Virus record (IMG/VR): IMGVR_UViG_3300030095_003814
Coordinates: 1-59,967 of that record
Direction: 5' to 3' (one strand)
Source: a virus
Lineage: Duplodnaviria; Caudoviricetes
DNA length: 59,967 bases
This document shows, in pieces, positions 35,666 through 46,192 of the stretch; position 1 is the first letter of the stretch; the number at the start of each line of letters is the position of its first letter. The position numbers and the translations under genes are program-made. A model generated the notes under the pieces. The model had not been told where the DNA came from. It saw only the letters and a list, made by a program, of their open reading frames with translations, and searched no databases.

Positions 35666-36646
35666 ATGCCTCTTACTAATCCAACTGCTGGTGACGTTCA
35701 TGTAAATGTGCCGTTGACCAACTACGCGCAGAAGTATTTGCAGAATGCGGATAACTTCATCGCTGGTCGCGCATTCCCGAACGCTACGGTCGCAAAACAG
35801 TCTGACAAATACTATGTATTTGATAAAGGCGATTTCTACCGTGACGAAGCCGCTATTCGTGCGGATGGTACGGAAAGTGTCGGTTCCGGTTTCAATCTTT
35901 CGACTGACACCTATTTCGCTGATGTTCGCGCATTCCACAAGGATGTAACCGACCGTCAGCGAGCCAATCAGGATGCAGCCGTACAGCTTGATAACTCGGC
36001 AACTCAGTACGTAATGCACAAGCTGCTTATTAGCCGCGAACGTGTGTTTGCAACTGAAGCTTTCGGCACTTCGATCTGGGGTACTGACTTTAACGTCAAC
36101 TCCTCTGGTGCAGCTCTTTGGAATGCTGCAAACTCTACTCCGATTGAAGAAATCCGAAACGGTAAGCGTACAGTTCACACCAATACCGGCTTTAACCCGA
36201 ACAAAGCTATTATCGGTCGTGGTACGTATGACGCGCTTCTTGATAACGATGATATCCTTGGTCGCATTAACGGCGGCGCTACTACCGCGCTTCCGGCAAT
36301 GGTACAGCGTCAGCGTCTTGCCGAAATCCTTGAGCTTGACGAAATCCTCGTAATGAACGGTGTTTACAACTCCGCTGTAGAGGGTGCAACTGATAGCATG
36401 AGCCTGATCGGCAACGATGGCATGCTTCTGTACTATGCTCCGTCAACTCTTGGTTTGAATGAGCCGACTGCTGGCGCTCAGTTCTCTTGGACTGGCTACA
36501 TGGGTGCAACCCAGAACGGTATGCGCATTAAGCGCTTCCGTATGGATCATCTTGAGAGTGATCGTATCGAAGGTGATATGGCTTTTGACTTTAAAGTCAC
36601 GGGCGCTGACCTTGGTTACTTCTTCTCAAACACCCTGTCTGCTTAA
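35666..36646 (+). CDS. Major capsid protein
   Basis: GDVHVNVPLTN, V.KQSDKYY, DLGYFF; AAGGAG SD; followed by a terminator. Confidence 0.88.
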   Translation: MPLTNPTAGDVHVNVPLTNYAQKYLQNADNFIAGRAFPNATVAKQSDKYYVFDKGDFYRDEAAIRADGTESVGSGFNLSTDTYFADVRAFHKDVTDRQRANQDAAVQLDNSATQYVMHKLLISRERVFATEAFGTSIWGTDFNVNSSGAALWNAANSTPIEEIRNGKRTVHTNTGFNPNKAIIGRGTYDALLDNDDILGRINGGATTALPAMVQRQRLAEILELDEILVMNGVYNSAVEGATDSMSLIGNDGMLLYYAPSTLGLNEPTAGAQFSWTGYMGATQNGMRIKRFRMDHLESDRIEGDMAFDFKVTGADLGYFFSNTLSA

Positions 36647-36653
36647 CTTGTGA

Positions 36654-36680
36654 TGGGGGCTGTAATGGCCCCTTTCTTTC
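36654..36680 (+). terminator. Intrinsic terminator after the capsid gene
   Basis: GGGGC...GCCCC plus T-tract. Confidence 0.7.
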
Positions 36681-36695
36681 TCACGGAGATTATAT

Positions 36696-37079
36696 ATGCG
36701 ACGTAAGATTTTTTCACGAATGGATACATTTATGGCATTGTGTCCTGTTCGTATTTCCAAAGATCAAACAATCAATATCGGTGAAACTATTCCTGATGGA
36801 ATGTTCAAGCGCCATGCGTTGCGTGGTATGTATAATCGCCGTAAAATTGGTGCTGTTGATTGTCCTTGTGCAAAACAGATTGTTGAACGCAAGCTGAAAT
36901 CAATGGAGCCGAAAGTTGAAAAAATCCCAGAAGAACCAACTCAAGAACCTGTCGAAGAAAACGATAAAGACGAGAGAGAAACGCTCTGGGAAATTGCAGA
37001 CGAGCACGGCGTCGAATACGACAAACGATGGGGCGTAAAGCGCCTTAAAGAAGCACTTGGCGAGGTTGTAGATGAGTAA
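36696..37079 (+). CDS. Head-region hypothetical protein with C-terminal HeH/LEM-like motif
   Basis: GVEYDKRWGVKRLKEAL. Confidence 0.65.
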   Translation: MRRKIFSRMDTFMALCPVRISKDQTINIGETIPDGMFKRHALRGMYNRRKIGAVDCPCAKQIVERKLKSMEPKVEKIPEEPTQEPVEENDKDERETLWEIADEHGVEYDKRWGVKRLKEALGEVVDE

Positions 37080-37320
37080 GCAACTTAGCCTAATGACGCC
37101 TGCTGCTGCTTCTGAAAACGTGGCAGCAACTACGGCAAAAGCTAACATTGAAAACTGCACTGGTGTTATTGCGCGCGGTCCCGGTGATTTTGTTGGTCAA
37201 CTAGTCGGTGATACCAGCAACACAACGATTACTATGGCTGCTGGTGCTGTTTATCCAATTCGCGTTAAATCAATTGACGCAACAAGCGGGATAGCAGTTG
37301 TTCTGCTTTATAACGTATGA
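37072..37320 (+). CDS. Small structural protein (head spike base-like)
   Basis: AGAVYPIRVKSI.AT motif. Confidence 0.6.
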   Translation: MSKQLSLMTPAAASENVAATTAKANIENCTGVIARGPGDFVGQLVGDTSNTTITMAAGAVYPIRVKSIDATSGIAVVLLYNV

Positions 37321-37468
37321 GAATTGCTATTAGTCTGGCAATAGGGGCAGTTCGACAATTCACGGCATACGCCCTTTCGTTTATCACCAACGTTCGCGGC
37401 ACAAGTAATGGTGTTGACGTTCGGACTACATCCAACGGCGACACGAGAATAACTAACGAGATTGCATA

Positions 37469-38077
37469 ATGGCTAACGTAACCATAGATAATCTTTCCCC
37501 CCCCGCTAGCGTTGAGGGCGGTGATTTGTTTGAAACCTCAAAGTCTGGTATTTCTGGTAGCGCAACATCTGATCAGGTGAAGGATTTTGTTTCATCGGAA
37601 ACAAACATCAAACGGTCTTTTTGGGGTAACTACGACGATGGGGCTACCTCGGTAACTCCACTTAGCGTGCCAGCATCAACTTGGACGTCAATACCTAGTG
37701 ATGGGGCTGGCGGCTTTACTATCCTTGACGAATTGCCTGCTGGTTATTCTCTTTACGACACAACAAACAGTTACATTGATCTTTCGGATGTTACATCAAA
37801 TTCAGTGGTAATGATCCGCGCAGATTTTGTTGTGGAAACATCAACTAACAACGTTGGCCTAAAATACAGACTTTATTTTGACGGTGATATTCAGGTATTT
37901 CTAACAAAGCGCCTACCAAGGCTTGATGAGGGCGCAACAACTTATAACATTGTAGAGGAAACAACAATTTTTGCCGGTGCTGCGACGAAAAACTTTCCTA
38001 TACGTGCGCAAGTATTCTCAACTTCATCGGTAGATATTACTGTAAACGGTTTCTTTATCCATGTAATCGAACGCTAA
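37469..38077 (+). CDS. Virion structural protein (head fibre-like)
   Basis: MANVTIDNL start; S/T-rich beta composition. Confidence 0.55.
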   Translation: MANVTIDNLSPPASVEGGDLFETSKSGISGSATSDQVKDFVSSETNIKRSFWGNYDDGATSVTPLSVPASTWTSIPSDGAGGFTILDELPAGYSLYDTTNSYIDLSDVTSNSVVMIRADFVVETSTNNVGLKYRLYFDGDIQVFLTKRLPRLDEGATTYNIVEETTIFAGAATKNFPIRAQVFSTSSVDITVNGFFIHVIER

Positions 38078-38116
38078 CCTTAAGGTTAGTATTAATATCA
38101 TTATATAGGTGTTACA

Positions 38117-38464
38117 ATGGGCGCAAGCAAAGAATTTGAAGGGTGGTTAGAAATTGCTGCTACAACTTTAGCTGTTAACCCTTTCTTTGCTTTGATTTTC
38201 TTTCTGGCTGTTCTCGCAGTCATTGCGCTCGGAATGTGGCTATACTATAAGATGAAAAGCAAAGCTGGCACTGATCTAACAATATTAATAAACATGGTCG
38301 AAAAGCTGGATGACAAGGTTGATATTGTTATTGCAGACTTCGACAGAAAGATTGACAGTGTTAGTGATGAACTAAAAGAGTTTCGTAAAGAGACAAACGA
38401 AAACATTGTAAAGCTAACTGATCGTATTTCAAAAATGGAAGGTAAACATGGCGACGACGTATGA
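38117..38464 (+). CDS. Membrane protein with C-terminal coiled coil (holin/antiholin-like)
   Basis: One long TM segment followed by a coiled coil. Confidence 0.55.
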   Translation: MGASKEFEGWLEIAATTLAVNPFFALIFFLAVLAVIALGMWLYYKMKSKAGTDLTILINMVEKLDDKVDIVIADFDRKIDSVSDELKEFRKETNENIVKLTDRISKMEGKHGDDV

Positions 38465-38948
38465 TGGCGATCCTTCCGCAAATGTAAAAGATTGGTTGCG
38501 ATTTCAGCTTGGCGATACGGATGTAACCGACGCTATTTTTGCCGACGAAGAAATCAGCGCAATTGCGGGTTCGACTAATAACTATTGGTCTGCGGCTTCT
38601 AGCTTGGCATATTCTGCGGCTGGCAAGTTTGCGCGTCGTATTGATGCAAGCATTAGCGGAACTGCATCGTTCAAAGAAGATCAGCTATTCAAGCACTACA
38701 AAGAACTTGCGGATCAATTCAAGCGTAACGCACAGAACGACAATGGCGGGCCTTCGACTGTTCAGGTTGCTACTCCTGCTTATGTCGGGCCGTATGTTGG
38801 CGGCATCTCCATTGCTGAAATGGATAACGTAGAAAGCGACACTGACCGCGTTCCGCCGCCGTTCACCCGTGGTGCGTTTGATTATCCGGGCGGTGTTCCT
38901 GACAGCACTCAGGGCCGAGACACATGGGATGATGAATATTGGCGCTAG
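38448..38948 (+). CDS. Head-tail adaptor
   Basis: TYDGDP...DWLRFQLGDT....FADEEI. Confidence 0.75.
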   Translation: MATTYDGDPSANVKDWLRFQLGDTDVTDAIFADEEISAIAGSTNNYWSAASSLAYSAAGKFARRIDASISGTASFKEDQLFKHYKELADQFKRNAQNDNGGPSTVQVATPAYVGPYVGGISIAEMDNVESDTDRVPPPFTRGAFDYPGGVPDSTQGRDTWDDEYWR

Positions 38949-39322
38949 GGCAAAACTTCCGCGACCGTATTTCTGATCTAGCTTCGCGTTATGCTGATAC
39001 CGCAACAAACGTGGTATTTAAAACCGCTGGTACTGGTGGCGGAGTTGATGCTAATGGTGACTACACACCGCCAAGCGGCCCTGTGTCGTACAACGTTCCT
39101 GCATGGTATGACGGATACGAAGATAAAGAAGTTGATGGCAATAACATTTTGCGTGGCGATCTAAAGGTTAAAGTTCCTGCAAAAGACGCTGATGATGTGT
39201 CGTTTGACTTTGACGCGGTAACGTCTGTTACGTTTGGCAGCGATGTTTATTCCATCGTGTTCCGTGAGACGCGCCGATTTAATGACGTTGTGCAAGTCTA
39301 CGAATTCCAAGTGAGAAAGTAA
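38939..39322 (+). CDS. Head closure protein
   Basis: VDG..ILRGD.K...YEFQVRK; position. Confidence 0.7.
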   Translation: MALGQNFRDRISDLASRYADTATNVVFKTAGTGGGVDANGDYTPPSGPVSYNVPAWYDGYEDKEVDGNNILRGDLKVKVPAKDADDVSFDFDAVTSVTFGSDVYSIVFRETRRFNDVVQVYEFQVRK

Positions 39323-39723
39323 TGGTTACGGTTTCCGAAGCCGTGCGCAATTCAAAACGCAACCTTGAGCGGTTTGTTAAGTCATTTGCCATTGAGTTAG
39401 CCTCTGAGGTTATCCAAGAAACGCCAGTTGATACTGGTAATTTGCGTAATTCATGGTACGCAAGCCAACAGCCAGAAAACCGTGATATTGATGGGCTGTC
39501 ACGTAATGCCGTTTCTGAAATTGCAATAGAAGCGGTTAAATTCAAACCGGGCGATGTGTTTTACATCCTGAATGGCGCGGCATATGCTAGACGCTTGGAG
39601 TATGGTTTCTCTGGCGCGGATAGCTTGGGTCGCGTGTATAATCAACCACCACAGCCATATGTAAGGCCTGTTGCAAACCGTTCACAACAAATTGCTGATC
39701 GTGTAGCGAAAAGATTTACGTGA
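39322..39723 (+). CDS. HK97 gp10-like tail component
   Basis: TPVDTGNLRNSW, YARRLEYG. Confidence 0.85.
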   Translation: MVTVSEAVRNSKRNLERFVKSFAIELASEVIQETPVDTGNLRNSWYASQQPENRDIDGLSRNAVSEIAIEAVKFKPGDVFYILNGAAYARRLEYGFSGADSLGRVYNQPPQPYVRPVANRSQQIADRVAKRFT

Positions 39724-39730
39724 TTATGTG

Positions 39731-39840
39731 TTGACAGTATCACAAATTAAGACAATAATGCCGTTGGTTGAGAACGCATTGTCGTTGCGACCGCGATGGT
39801 AACTATAACCCCGGCTCTTCACAGCCGGGGTTTTCTTTTC
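39731..39840 (+). ncRNA. Promoter, about 80-nt transcript and terminator (candidate sRNA)
   Basis: TTGACA-17-AATAAT at 39731-39759; CCCCGGCT/AGCCGGGG plus T-tract. Confidence 0.4.
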
Positions 39841-39911
39841 ATTGCATTTAACACATAAATTTTGTATTATAAAGCGTTGTACAACTGAACTAACTAGTTA
39901 GGGTTTTAATA

Positions 39912-41096
39912 ATGGCAAATGTAGCCGGTTCACAGGTTGTTCTAAGCCTGATCAAAGAAAGCACATACGGGACTACGCCCACCGTAAACACGGGCGACAT
40001 GACTGCTTTGGCACTCGTCACCAAAGATATCAATGGCGAGAACTCAGAAATTAACTCACGTACCGTAACCCCTGATGGATTCGCACCTATCGGGACTACT
40101 GGTTTTGAAAGCGTTACAGGTTCACTTGAATTTGAATTGTCCGCAGGCACCTTGGATTTCAATATCCCACTTGTAGCCAATTCAGATTGGACCACCGATG
40201 ACGCATCAGAGGCGTCTGTAGGCGTTGACTTTGCGGCGTCTGGTTCTACCGCAACGCGCTCAGTGGGTGACTGGACTACTACTTTTGACGTTGGTGACGC
40301 GGTTATTATTTCCGGAGCTGCTGAGGCTGAAAACAACGGACTTCGAGTTATCACCGCTCTGACAGCAACCGTAATGACGCTTACTGACAAAATGGAAGAT
40401 GGCGAAGCGGTAGCAATTGTTGACGAAATCACCGCAACTATCAGCGTACAGGGCCATAGTAAATATATTGACCACGTACAGACCAACTACAGCTATAGCG
40501 CACAGCGTAAAGTAGGTGATGATTATTACACCTATACCGGCGTTGTCTCTGGTGGTTGGGGTCTTTCCGTAACCCCTGATAACACTGTATCCATGACCAC
40601 TGATCTGCTTGGCAAGGCAGAAGCAGGGCCAACCGGAACGCCACTTGATAGCGCACCGACTGAGCAAAGCGGTTCTAACCCGTTTTCGCCGGTTGATGCG
40701 GCTATTTTCATTCACACTGGCGGCATTGCAATGGAATGCGCAACCGATCTTAGTGTTACGTTGAATGCAAATATTTCAACCGCGCCGGTTATTGCGTCTA
40801 CCGTGTCTTGCGGAGTCCAAAGAGGAACTATCTCATTTGACGGCTCCACTGTCACTGTTTTCTATGATGATGTGACTTCGTTCCCGTCTAGCGATACAAC
40901 GTTTGCTATGAGCATTGTTTTCCGGGAAGCTGGCACAGAGCGCTTCTTGTCTCTATATTTCCCAGAGGCAAAAATTCTAAACCGCACTCTAACGGTTCCG
41001 TCCACGGAAAACGTAACTCAGCAATTGTCCCTTACTATCGGCAAGGCTGCTGGTTCTCCGTTGGTGCGATACGGATACAACGAAAACGCGTCTTAA
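39912..41096 (+). CDS. Major tail tube protein
   Basis: KESTYGTTP N-terminus, V.G.LEFEL; 394 aa; position. Confidence 0.85.
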   Translation: MANVAGSQVVLSLIKESTYGTTPTVNTGDMTALALVTKDINGENSEINSRTVTPDGFAPIGTTGFESVTGSLEFELSAGTLDFNIPLVANSDWTTDDASEASVGVDFAASGSTATRSVGDWTTTFDVGDAVIISGAAEAENNGLRVITALTATVMTLTDKMEDGEAVAIVDEITATISVQGHSKYIDHVQTNYSYSAQRKVGDDYYTYTGVVSGGWGLSVTPDNTVSMTTDLLGKAEAGPTGTPLDSAPTEQSGSNPFSPVDAAIFIHTGGIAMECATDLSVTLNANISTAPVIASTVSCGVQRGTISFDGSTVTVFYDDVTSFPSSDTTFAMSIVFREAGTERFLSLYFPEAKILNRTLTVPSTENVTQQLSLTIGKAAGSPLVRYGYNENAS

Positions 41097-41125
41097 TTGA
41101 CTAAAATTTACGTATAGCATATAAG

Positions 41126-41163
41126 TAACCCCGGACACTGCAATGTCCGGGGTTCTTGTTTTT
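41126..41163 (+). terminator. Intrinsic terminator
   Basis: AACCCCGGACA/TGTCCGGGGTT plus T-tract. Confidence 0.75.
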
Positions 41164-41186
41164 AGCAACTGTATGGAATTAGCTAC

Positions 41187-41735
41187 ATGGGTATTATACA
41201 CAAACCAAAAACAAAATACAATGAGGGTCCAGATATTGATCTTGTGAAAAAGTATATTGATTACGATAGGGACACTGGGGTATTCACTTGGAAAGTAAAC
41301 AGGAGGTATACAGCGCGAAAGGGCTCCGTAGCTGGATTAAAAAATGATAGTGGATATATACTTTTAACAATTGAAAGCAAAAGATATCGCGCCCATCGAA
41401 TAGCATGGCTTTTAGTCCATGGTGAATGGCCTAAAAATCAAATTGATCACATTAATGGCGTGAGGGATGACAATAGAATTGAAAATCTAAGACACGTGAC
41501 CAATGCGCAAAACGCGGCGAACGCGTCACTTATGCCATGCAACACGTCTGGCTTTAAGGGGGTTACATATGATAAAGATCGTAGTAAGTGGCACTCACAA
41601 ATAAAGAAGGACGCTAAGAAATATTTCTTAGGTAGATATGATTGCAAGATCGAAGCCGCTAAAGCATATGACAAAAAAGCAATTGAGTTGTTTGGTGAGT
41701 ATGCCAAAACAAATAAATCTATGGGATTATACTAA
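41187..41735 (+). CDS. HNH-AP2 homing endonuclease
   Basis: YRAHRIAW, IDHINGVRDDNRIENLR, NTSGFKGV...AAKAYD...FGEYA. Confidence 0.92.
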   Translation: MGIIHKPKTKYNEGPDIDLVKKYIDYDRDTGVFTWKVNRRYTARKGSVAGLKNDSGYILLTIESKRYRAHRIAWLLVHGEWPKNQIDHINGVRDDNRIENLRHVTNAQNAANASLMPCNTSGFKGVTYDKDRSKWHSQIKKDAKKYFLGRYDCKIEAAKAYDKKAIELFGEYAKTNKSMGLY

Positions 41736-41775
41736 AAAATGTTGTACAATGCGCAATCATTTATCGGAGTGAACC

Positions 41776-42135
41776 ATGCAAATCAATCTACTCAAAGATC
41801 AGGCCGAACTTGTCATTAAAGACACCAAAGGCAAAAAAGACGCTAAATTTATCATTGCAGGACCGGCAAGCGACACAGCAAAGCAGGTAAAGAAAGACGC
41901 AGTTGAGGCAGCTTTGAAGGCCCGCCGAGATGGAGATGAAGACGAACTAACGGCAGATAGCCTGATCAATCAGGAAAAGTTTATCGCCAAGATGATTTTG
42001 GGTTGGGAAAACCTAGAACTTGATGGCGTAGAATTTGAATATAGCTATGATAACGCGGTTCGTTTGCTGCGTGGTGCGCCTGACTTGTTCGTAAAGATCA
42101 AGAACTTCGTCGATGAATCGGAAAATTTTATTTAA
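41776..42135 (+). CDS. Tail assembly chaperone (gpG-like)
   Basis: ILGWENL..DG.EFEYS.DNA..L; ends ENFI at a slippery site. Confidence 0.82.
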   Translation: MQINLLKDQAELVIKDTKGKKDAKFIIAGPASDTAKQVKKDAVEAALKARRDGDEDELTADSLINQEKFIAKMILGWENLELDGVEFEYSYDNAVRLLRGAPDLFVKIKNFVDESENFI

Positions 42136-42473
42136 CCCGTATTGCTGATAAACAAACGCGCCTGTTGAATTATGGGCGCGGTGTTTTTTGGGCAAGCGGG
42201 CATGATAAAGGATCAGATGTTCCGCGTTCCACATTCTTCGATGATTACCTGAAAAGACGCGGCAAACGTCACCGCCATGATAAGCGCGTAGACCTAGATC
42301 AAGACGTTTCTTATATCTGGTCGTGGTATGTGAATATCAAAAACTTTTCACCAGATGGGCGCGTTACTCATATGTCGATTGAGACATGGCAGCGCATTAA
42401 AAATACCGATTTGCTTGATTGGGAAATTGAAGCAATAGAAGGCCTCGAGGTCGAATGGTCAAAGTATCGGTAA
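42123..42473 (+). CDS. Tail assembly chaperone -1 frameshift extension (gpT-like)
   Basis: In-frame heptamer A AAT TTT at 42123-42129; -1 frame open to 42473, directly before the tape measure gene. Confidence 0.75.
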   Translation, partial: KFYLTRIADKQTRLLNYGRGVFWASGHDKGSDVPRSTFFDDYLKRRGKRHRHDKRVDLDQDVSYIWSWYVNIKNFSPDGRVTHMSIETWQRIKNTDLLDWEIEAIEGLEVEWSKYR

Positions 42474-42537
42474 TGTTGCTATTTTGTTCTTTTGTCTATA
42501 TACTACACAAAAGTTTTGTTGTTAGGTGATTTAGTGC

Positions 42538-45366
42538 ATGGTTGAATTAATTGATCTGGGCTTTAAGGTTGATACGAAGCAGCTAGATCGCGGCGAACGT
42601 GCGTTAAACAAATTTGAACGCTCCGGCAAAAGAGCAGAAAGAAGCACTAACAGCCTTTCAAAATCAACAAACCAGCTAAAATCATCTGTGCGAGAAACGG
42701 TTTCGCCTGTTAGGTCTTTGCAAACCGCTCTGGCAGGCGTTGGCGTTGCTCTTGGTGCGCGTGAGATTATCCAATATGCCGATAGTTACACCGTCCTTAA
42801 TGCCCGCCTAAAACTTGTTACAAACAGCACAGAAGAATTTGAATTTGCGCAGCGTCGTTTGTTCGATATTTCGAATAAGGTTCGTGCGCCTATCGCTACT
42901 ACCGCGCAGTTCTATGCGGAATTGTCACGCGCCACAAAGTCTCTTGATCTATCGCAAAATGATTTGCTTGAGATTACAGAGGCCGTTGGTTCTGCTATTG
43001 CCGTAACAGGCGGGAACTCAGCATCAGCCGCCGCTGCTCTTTTGCAGTTGCAACAGGCTTTTGCCGGTGACTTCCAAGCATCTGCGCAAGAAATCAACTC
43101 TATTGCAGAACAAGCACCAGCCGTCGCGGAAATTATCTTTGACGGTTTGGAAGAAATCGGCTTTGCGGCTGATGTCACAAAGAAGAAATTTAAGCAGCTT
43201 GCTGAAGAAGGGCAAATTTCCAGTGCGCTTGTCGCTGAGGCAATTCAAAGCCAGCTAGGCCGAATTCGTGGCGATCTTGAGCAATTCCCGGTTACGGTCG
43301 GACAGTCATTAACAATCCTAAATAATGAGCTTGGAAAGTTTATCGGCGTCAACAATGAGGCGCTTGGTGCAACAGGTGCGTTGGCTAGCGGAATTGTTGA
43401 CCTGTCGCAAAATCTTGATAGTGTAATTACTCTAGCCGGTGCTGCTGCGGCTGTAATCTCATCTAAGCTGATTGGCTCGGTGGTTTCGTCCACTCAGGCT
43501 TTCATTGCTAATACTGCGGCTTCTATTGCATCATCAAAAGCTGATCTTCAAAAAACCGCATCCGCAAACGCTGCGGCACAAGCAGAACTAAGAGCCGCTC
43601 AAGCGGCTGCTGCCAGAACTCCGGGGTTCTTCCTTAATGCTGCTGCCGTTGAAGGTTTGGCTAGGGCAGAGGCTAGGGCAGAGGCAGCTACAAACGCATA
43701 TACGGCTGCTACCACACGTGCCGCTGTGGCAAGCCGTGCATTCGGTGCGTCTTTGGCGTTTCTTGGCGGTCCCGTCGGTATCGCCATTACCGGACTTGCT
43801 ATTGGCTTCTCGTTCCTGACATCTGAGCAGGAAGACGCTACTGATGCTGGCGAGGAATACGCCAACGTGATTGAGCGTATTAATGCTTTAACAAAAACTT
43901 CAGAAGAACTAACCGCAAACAGAACAGCAATACTAAAAGAGGATACAAAGGCGGTTCTTGACGCCACAGAGGCAGAAATTGAGCTTTTAAATACTCGACT
44001 AGAGGCGCTTAGGCGGGCGGAAGATATTTCTTCTGGTATGTCTGGTTTTGAGGGTGATGGGGGTATGTTCGCGGAGGGTTTGGATGTAATTAATCCAGCA
44101 ATTCGCGAAACAGAAAAGGCTATTGAGGAAGCTAGAAAGAAGGTTGCAGAACTACGCAGCGGGCTTTCTGAATTAAATAACCAAACGTCTGAAAATAGCG
44201 AAACCGGAAAAAAACTAACCAAGGCCACAGAAGATCAGCTAAAGGCTTTCAACCAACTACGTGACGCAGCAAGAAACGCACAGAACGAATTACGCGGGTT
44301 CCTTACTGGTGGCGAAGCTGGGCAGCTTGACGCGCAGCAATTCGCAGAAGCGGAACAAATATTCTCACGTATCGAAGCCGCTGCCGCCAAGGCTGGTGAG
44401 GAAGTCGGCACAACATTTAACGCAATTATTCGTGAAATTCGTCTGCGAGATGAATCTAACAAACTTCTTGATGATGCAATTGAGAAGCAAAGAGAAAAAA
44501 ATAGGCTATCCGAAGAAGTAGACGATGCAATTTCAGGTCTTAATGAGCAAATAGCACTTCTTGAACTTGAGGTTTCTCTTGGAAGAAAGGCTACTGATGC
44601 TGAACGAGAACGACTGAGATATAAAAAACTTTTAGCTAATGCTGATGGAATGCAAATGCTGGTACTTACTCAGCTAATTAGTCAGCTTGAAGTGCTTAGA
44701 AACGACTATGAAGCGCTTTCTGGTCCATTGTCTGAGTTGGGGAGGCAATCAGAAATAACCGGCGAGAAAATAGAACAAAGCATAGTTAATGGCCTTACAT
44801 CAGCAGAAGATGCATTGGTTGATTTTGTCGTAAACGGCAAGGCATCGTTTAAAGACTTTGCAAACTCAATCATTGAAGATATCGCACGTATCCTGATCAG
44901 ATCGCAAATCACCGCACCGATTGCGCAAAGCATTGGATCATCTGGTATTGTTGGTTCTATAGGTAATTTCTTCGGCGGATTGTTCGCCAATGGCGGAGCG
45001 TTTGACGGTGGCGTTCAAAAATTTGCCAACGGTGGCGCGTTCACTAATTCAATCGTTACACGTCCGACTAATTTCAACATGGGGCAGATGGGCGAAGCTG
45101 GCCCAGAAGCGATTATACCGCTTGAGCGATCATATGGCGGTAAACTTGGTGTTAATGCTTCTGGTCTTGGGCAAAATGTTATCGTGCAAAACATTGATCA
45201 GCGTTCAGAAGGCCAGCCTGTAGAAACAACTCAGGAACGCGGACCTAATGGCGAGTTGATTATTCGCAACCTAATTCGCGACGAAGTAACAAAAGGAATT
45301 GGGCGAGGTAATTTTGATAAGCCGTTCAGGGACACATTTGGACTTTCAAGAAGGGGTAGCTTCTAA
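42538..45366 (+). CDS. Tail tape measure protein
   Basis: 942 aa, Ala-rich; YADSYT.LNARLKLVT tape-measure domain; FANGGAF and MGEAGPEAIIPL. Confidence 0.93.
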   Translation: MVELIDLGFKVDTKQLDRGERALNKFERSGKRAERSTNSLSKSTNQLKSSVRETVSPVRSLQTALAGVGVALGAREIIQYADSYTVLNARLKLVTNSTEEFEFAQRRLFDISNKVRAPIATTAQFYAELSRATKSLDLSQNDLLEITEAVGSAIAVTGGNSASAAAALLQLQQAFAGDFQASAQEINSIAEQAPAVAEIIFDGLEEIGFAADVTKKKFKQLAEEGQISSALVAEAIQSQLGRIRGDLEQFPVTVGQSLTILNNELGKFIGVNNEALGATGALASGIVDLSQNLDSVITLAGAAAAVISSKLIGSVVSSTQAFIANTAASIASSKADLQKTASANAAAQAELRAAQAAAARTPGFFLNAAAVEGLARAEARAEAATNAYTAATTRAAVASRAFGASLAFLGGPVGIAITGLAIGFSFLTSEQEDATDAGEEYANVIERINALTKTSEELTANRTAILKEDTKAVLDATEAEIELLNTRLEALRRAEDISSGMSGFEGDGGMFAEGLDVINPAIRETEKAIEEARKKVAELRSGLSELNNQTSENSETGKKLTKATEDQLKAFNQLRDAARNAQNELRGFLTGGEAGQLDAQQFAEAEQIFSRIEAAAAKAGEEVGTTFNAIIREIRLRDESNKLLDDAIEKQREKNRLSEEVDDAISGLNEQIALLELEVSLGRKATDAERERLRYKKLLANADGMQMLVLTQLISQLEVLRNDYEALSGPLSELGRQSEITGEKIEQSIVNGLTSAEDALVDFVVNGKASFKDFANSIIEDIARILIRSQITAPIAQSIGSSGIVGSIGNFFGGLFANGGAFDGGVQKFANGGAFTNSIVTRPTNFNMGQMGEAGPEAIIPLERSYGGKLGVNASGLGQNVIVQNIDQRSEGQPVETTQERGPNGELIIRNLIRDEVTKGIGRGNFDKPFRDTFGLSRRGSF

Positions 45367-45716
45367 TGGCAACTTGGCCAGCGACATTGCCGCAATACGT
45401 CCTGATCGACGGTTTCAGGCAGACACAACAGCCGAACAAGCTGCGATCTACTGTTGACGTTGGCGAAGCAAAAATGCGCCCACGTTCTACGCGCAAGATC
45501 AAACGCTTTCAATGTTCCATTTTGATCAGCAATGATACGCAATACGACACGCTGGAAAATTTCTATGATGCTACATTGTCACAAGGAACTTTGACTTTTG
45601 ATTGGGTAAATCCAATTACGCAAGATGCGGCAACATTCCGATTTGTTGGTGAGGTTGAATATTCACCTGCCGGTCCACAGCAAAGCGTAGCATCATTTGA
45701 GCTTGAGGAGGTTTAA
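45366..45716 (+). CDS. Distal tail protein
   Basis: WPATLPQ...G.AKMR.RST...L..GTLTFDW..P. Confidence 0.75.
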   Translation: MATWPATLPQYVLIDGFRQTQQPNKLRSTVDVGEAKMRPRSTRKIKRFQCSILISNDTQYDTLENFYDATLSQGTLTFDWVNPITQDAATFRFVGEVEYSPAGPQQSVASFELEEV

Positions 45717-46192
45717 TGCGAACACTATCAAGCGCCGCTCTTGCATCTGGAAACGCTGCACAAACTGACGAAGTATGGCTTGCTCTTGTCGAAATTACGC
45801 ATGACGATCTTGCCACCCCTATCAGGGTAGTTAACAACACAGAAGATATTACATCTAACGGCAATACGTTTGTTGGGTATCCTTTCGATATTGTTTTGAC
45901 GGATGACGTTGATGATAGCCCGCCATCTGCAAGTATAGAAATTGACAACGTAGACAGAGACATTCTGGATACGATACGCAAGATAACAACCGCTCCAGAC
46001 GTCAAAATTCAAATCATTCTAGCATCACAGCCAGATACAATCGAACTTGAAATTGATGGAATGCAGTTGGTTAACGTGGAAGCCGACGCAACAACGATCC
46101 AAGGTAATTTGCAGTTTACGAACATCCTTGATCAAAAATTCCCACAATATTCATTCGTTCCGTCACTGTTTCCGGCTCTATTCAAGTCATGA
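45716..46192 (+). CDS. Minor tail protein (DUF1833-like)
   Basis: L.LVEITH..LATPIRVVNN.EDI...F...PF...IDNVDR. Confidence 0.8.
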   Translation: MRTLSSAALASGNAAQTDEVWLALVEITHDDLATPIRVVNNTEDITSNGNTFVGYPFDIVLTDDVDDSPPSASIEIDNVDRDILDTIRKITTAPDVKIQIILASQPDTIELEIDGMQLVNVEADATTIQGNLQFTNILDQKFPQYSFVPSLFPALFKS

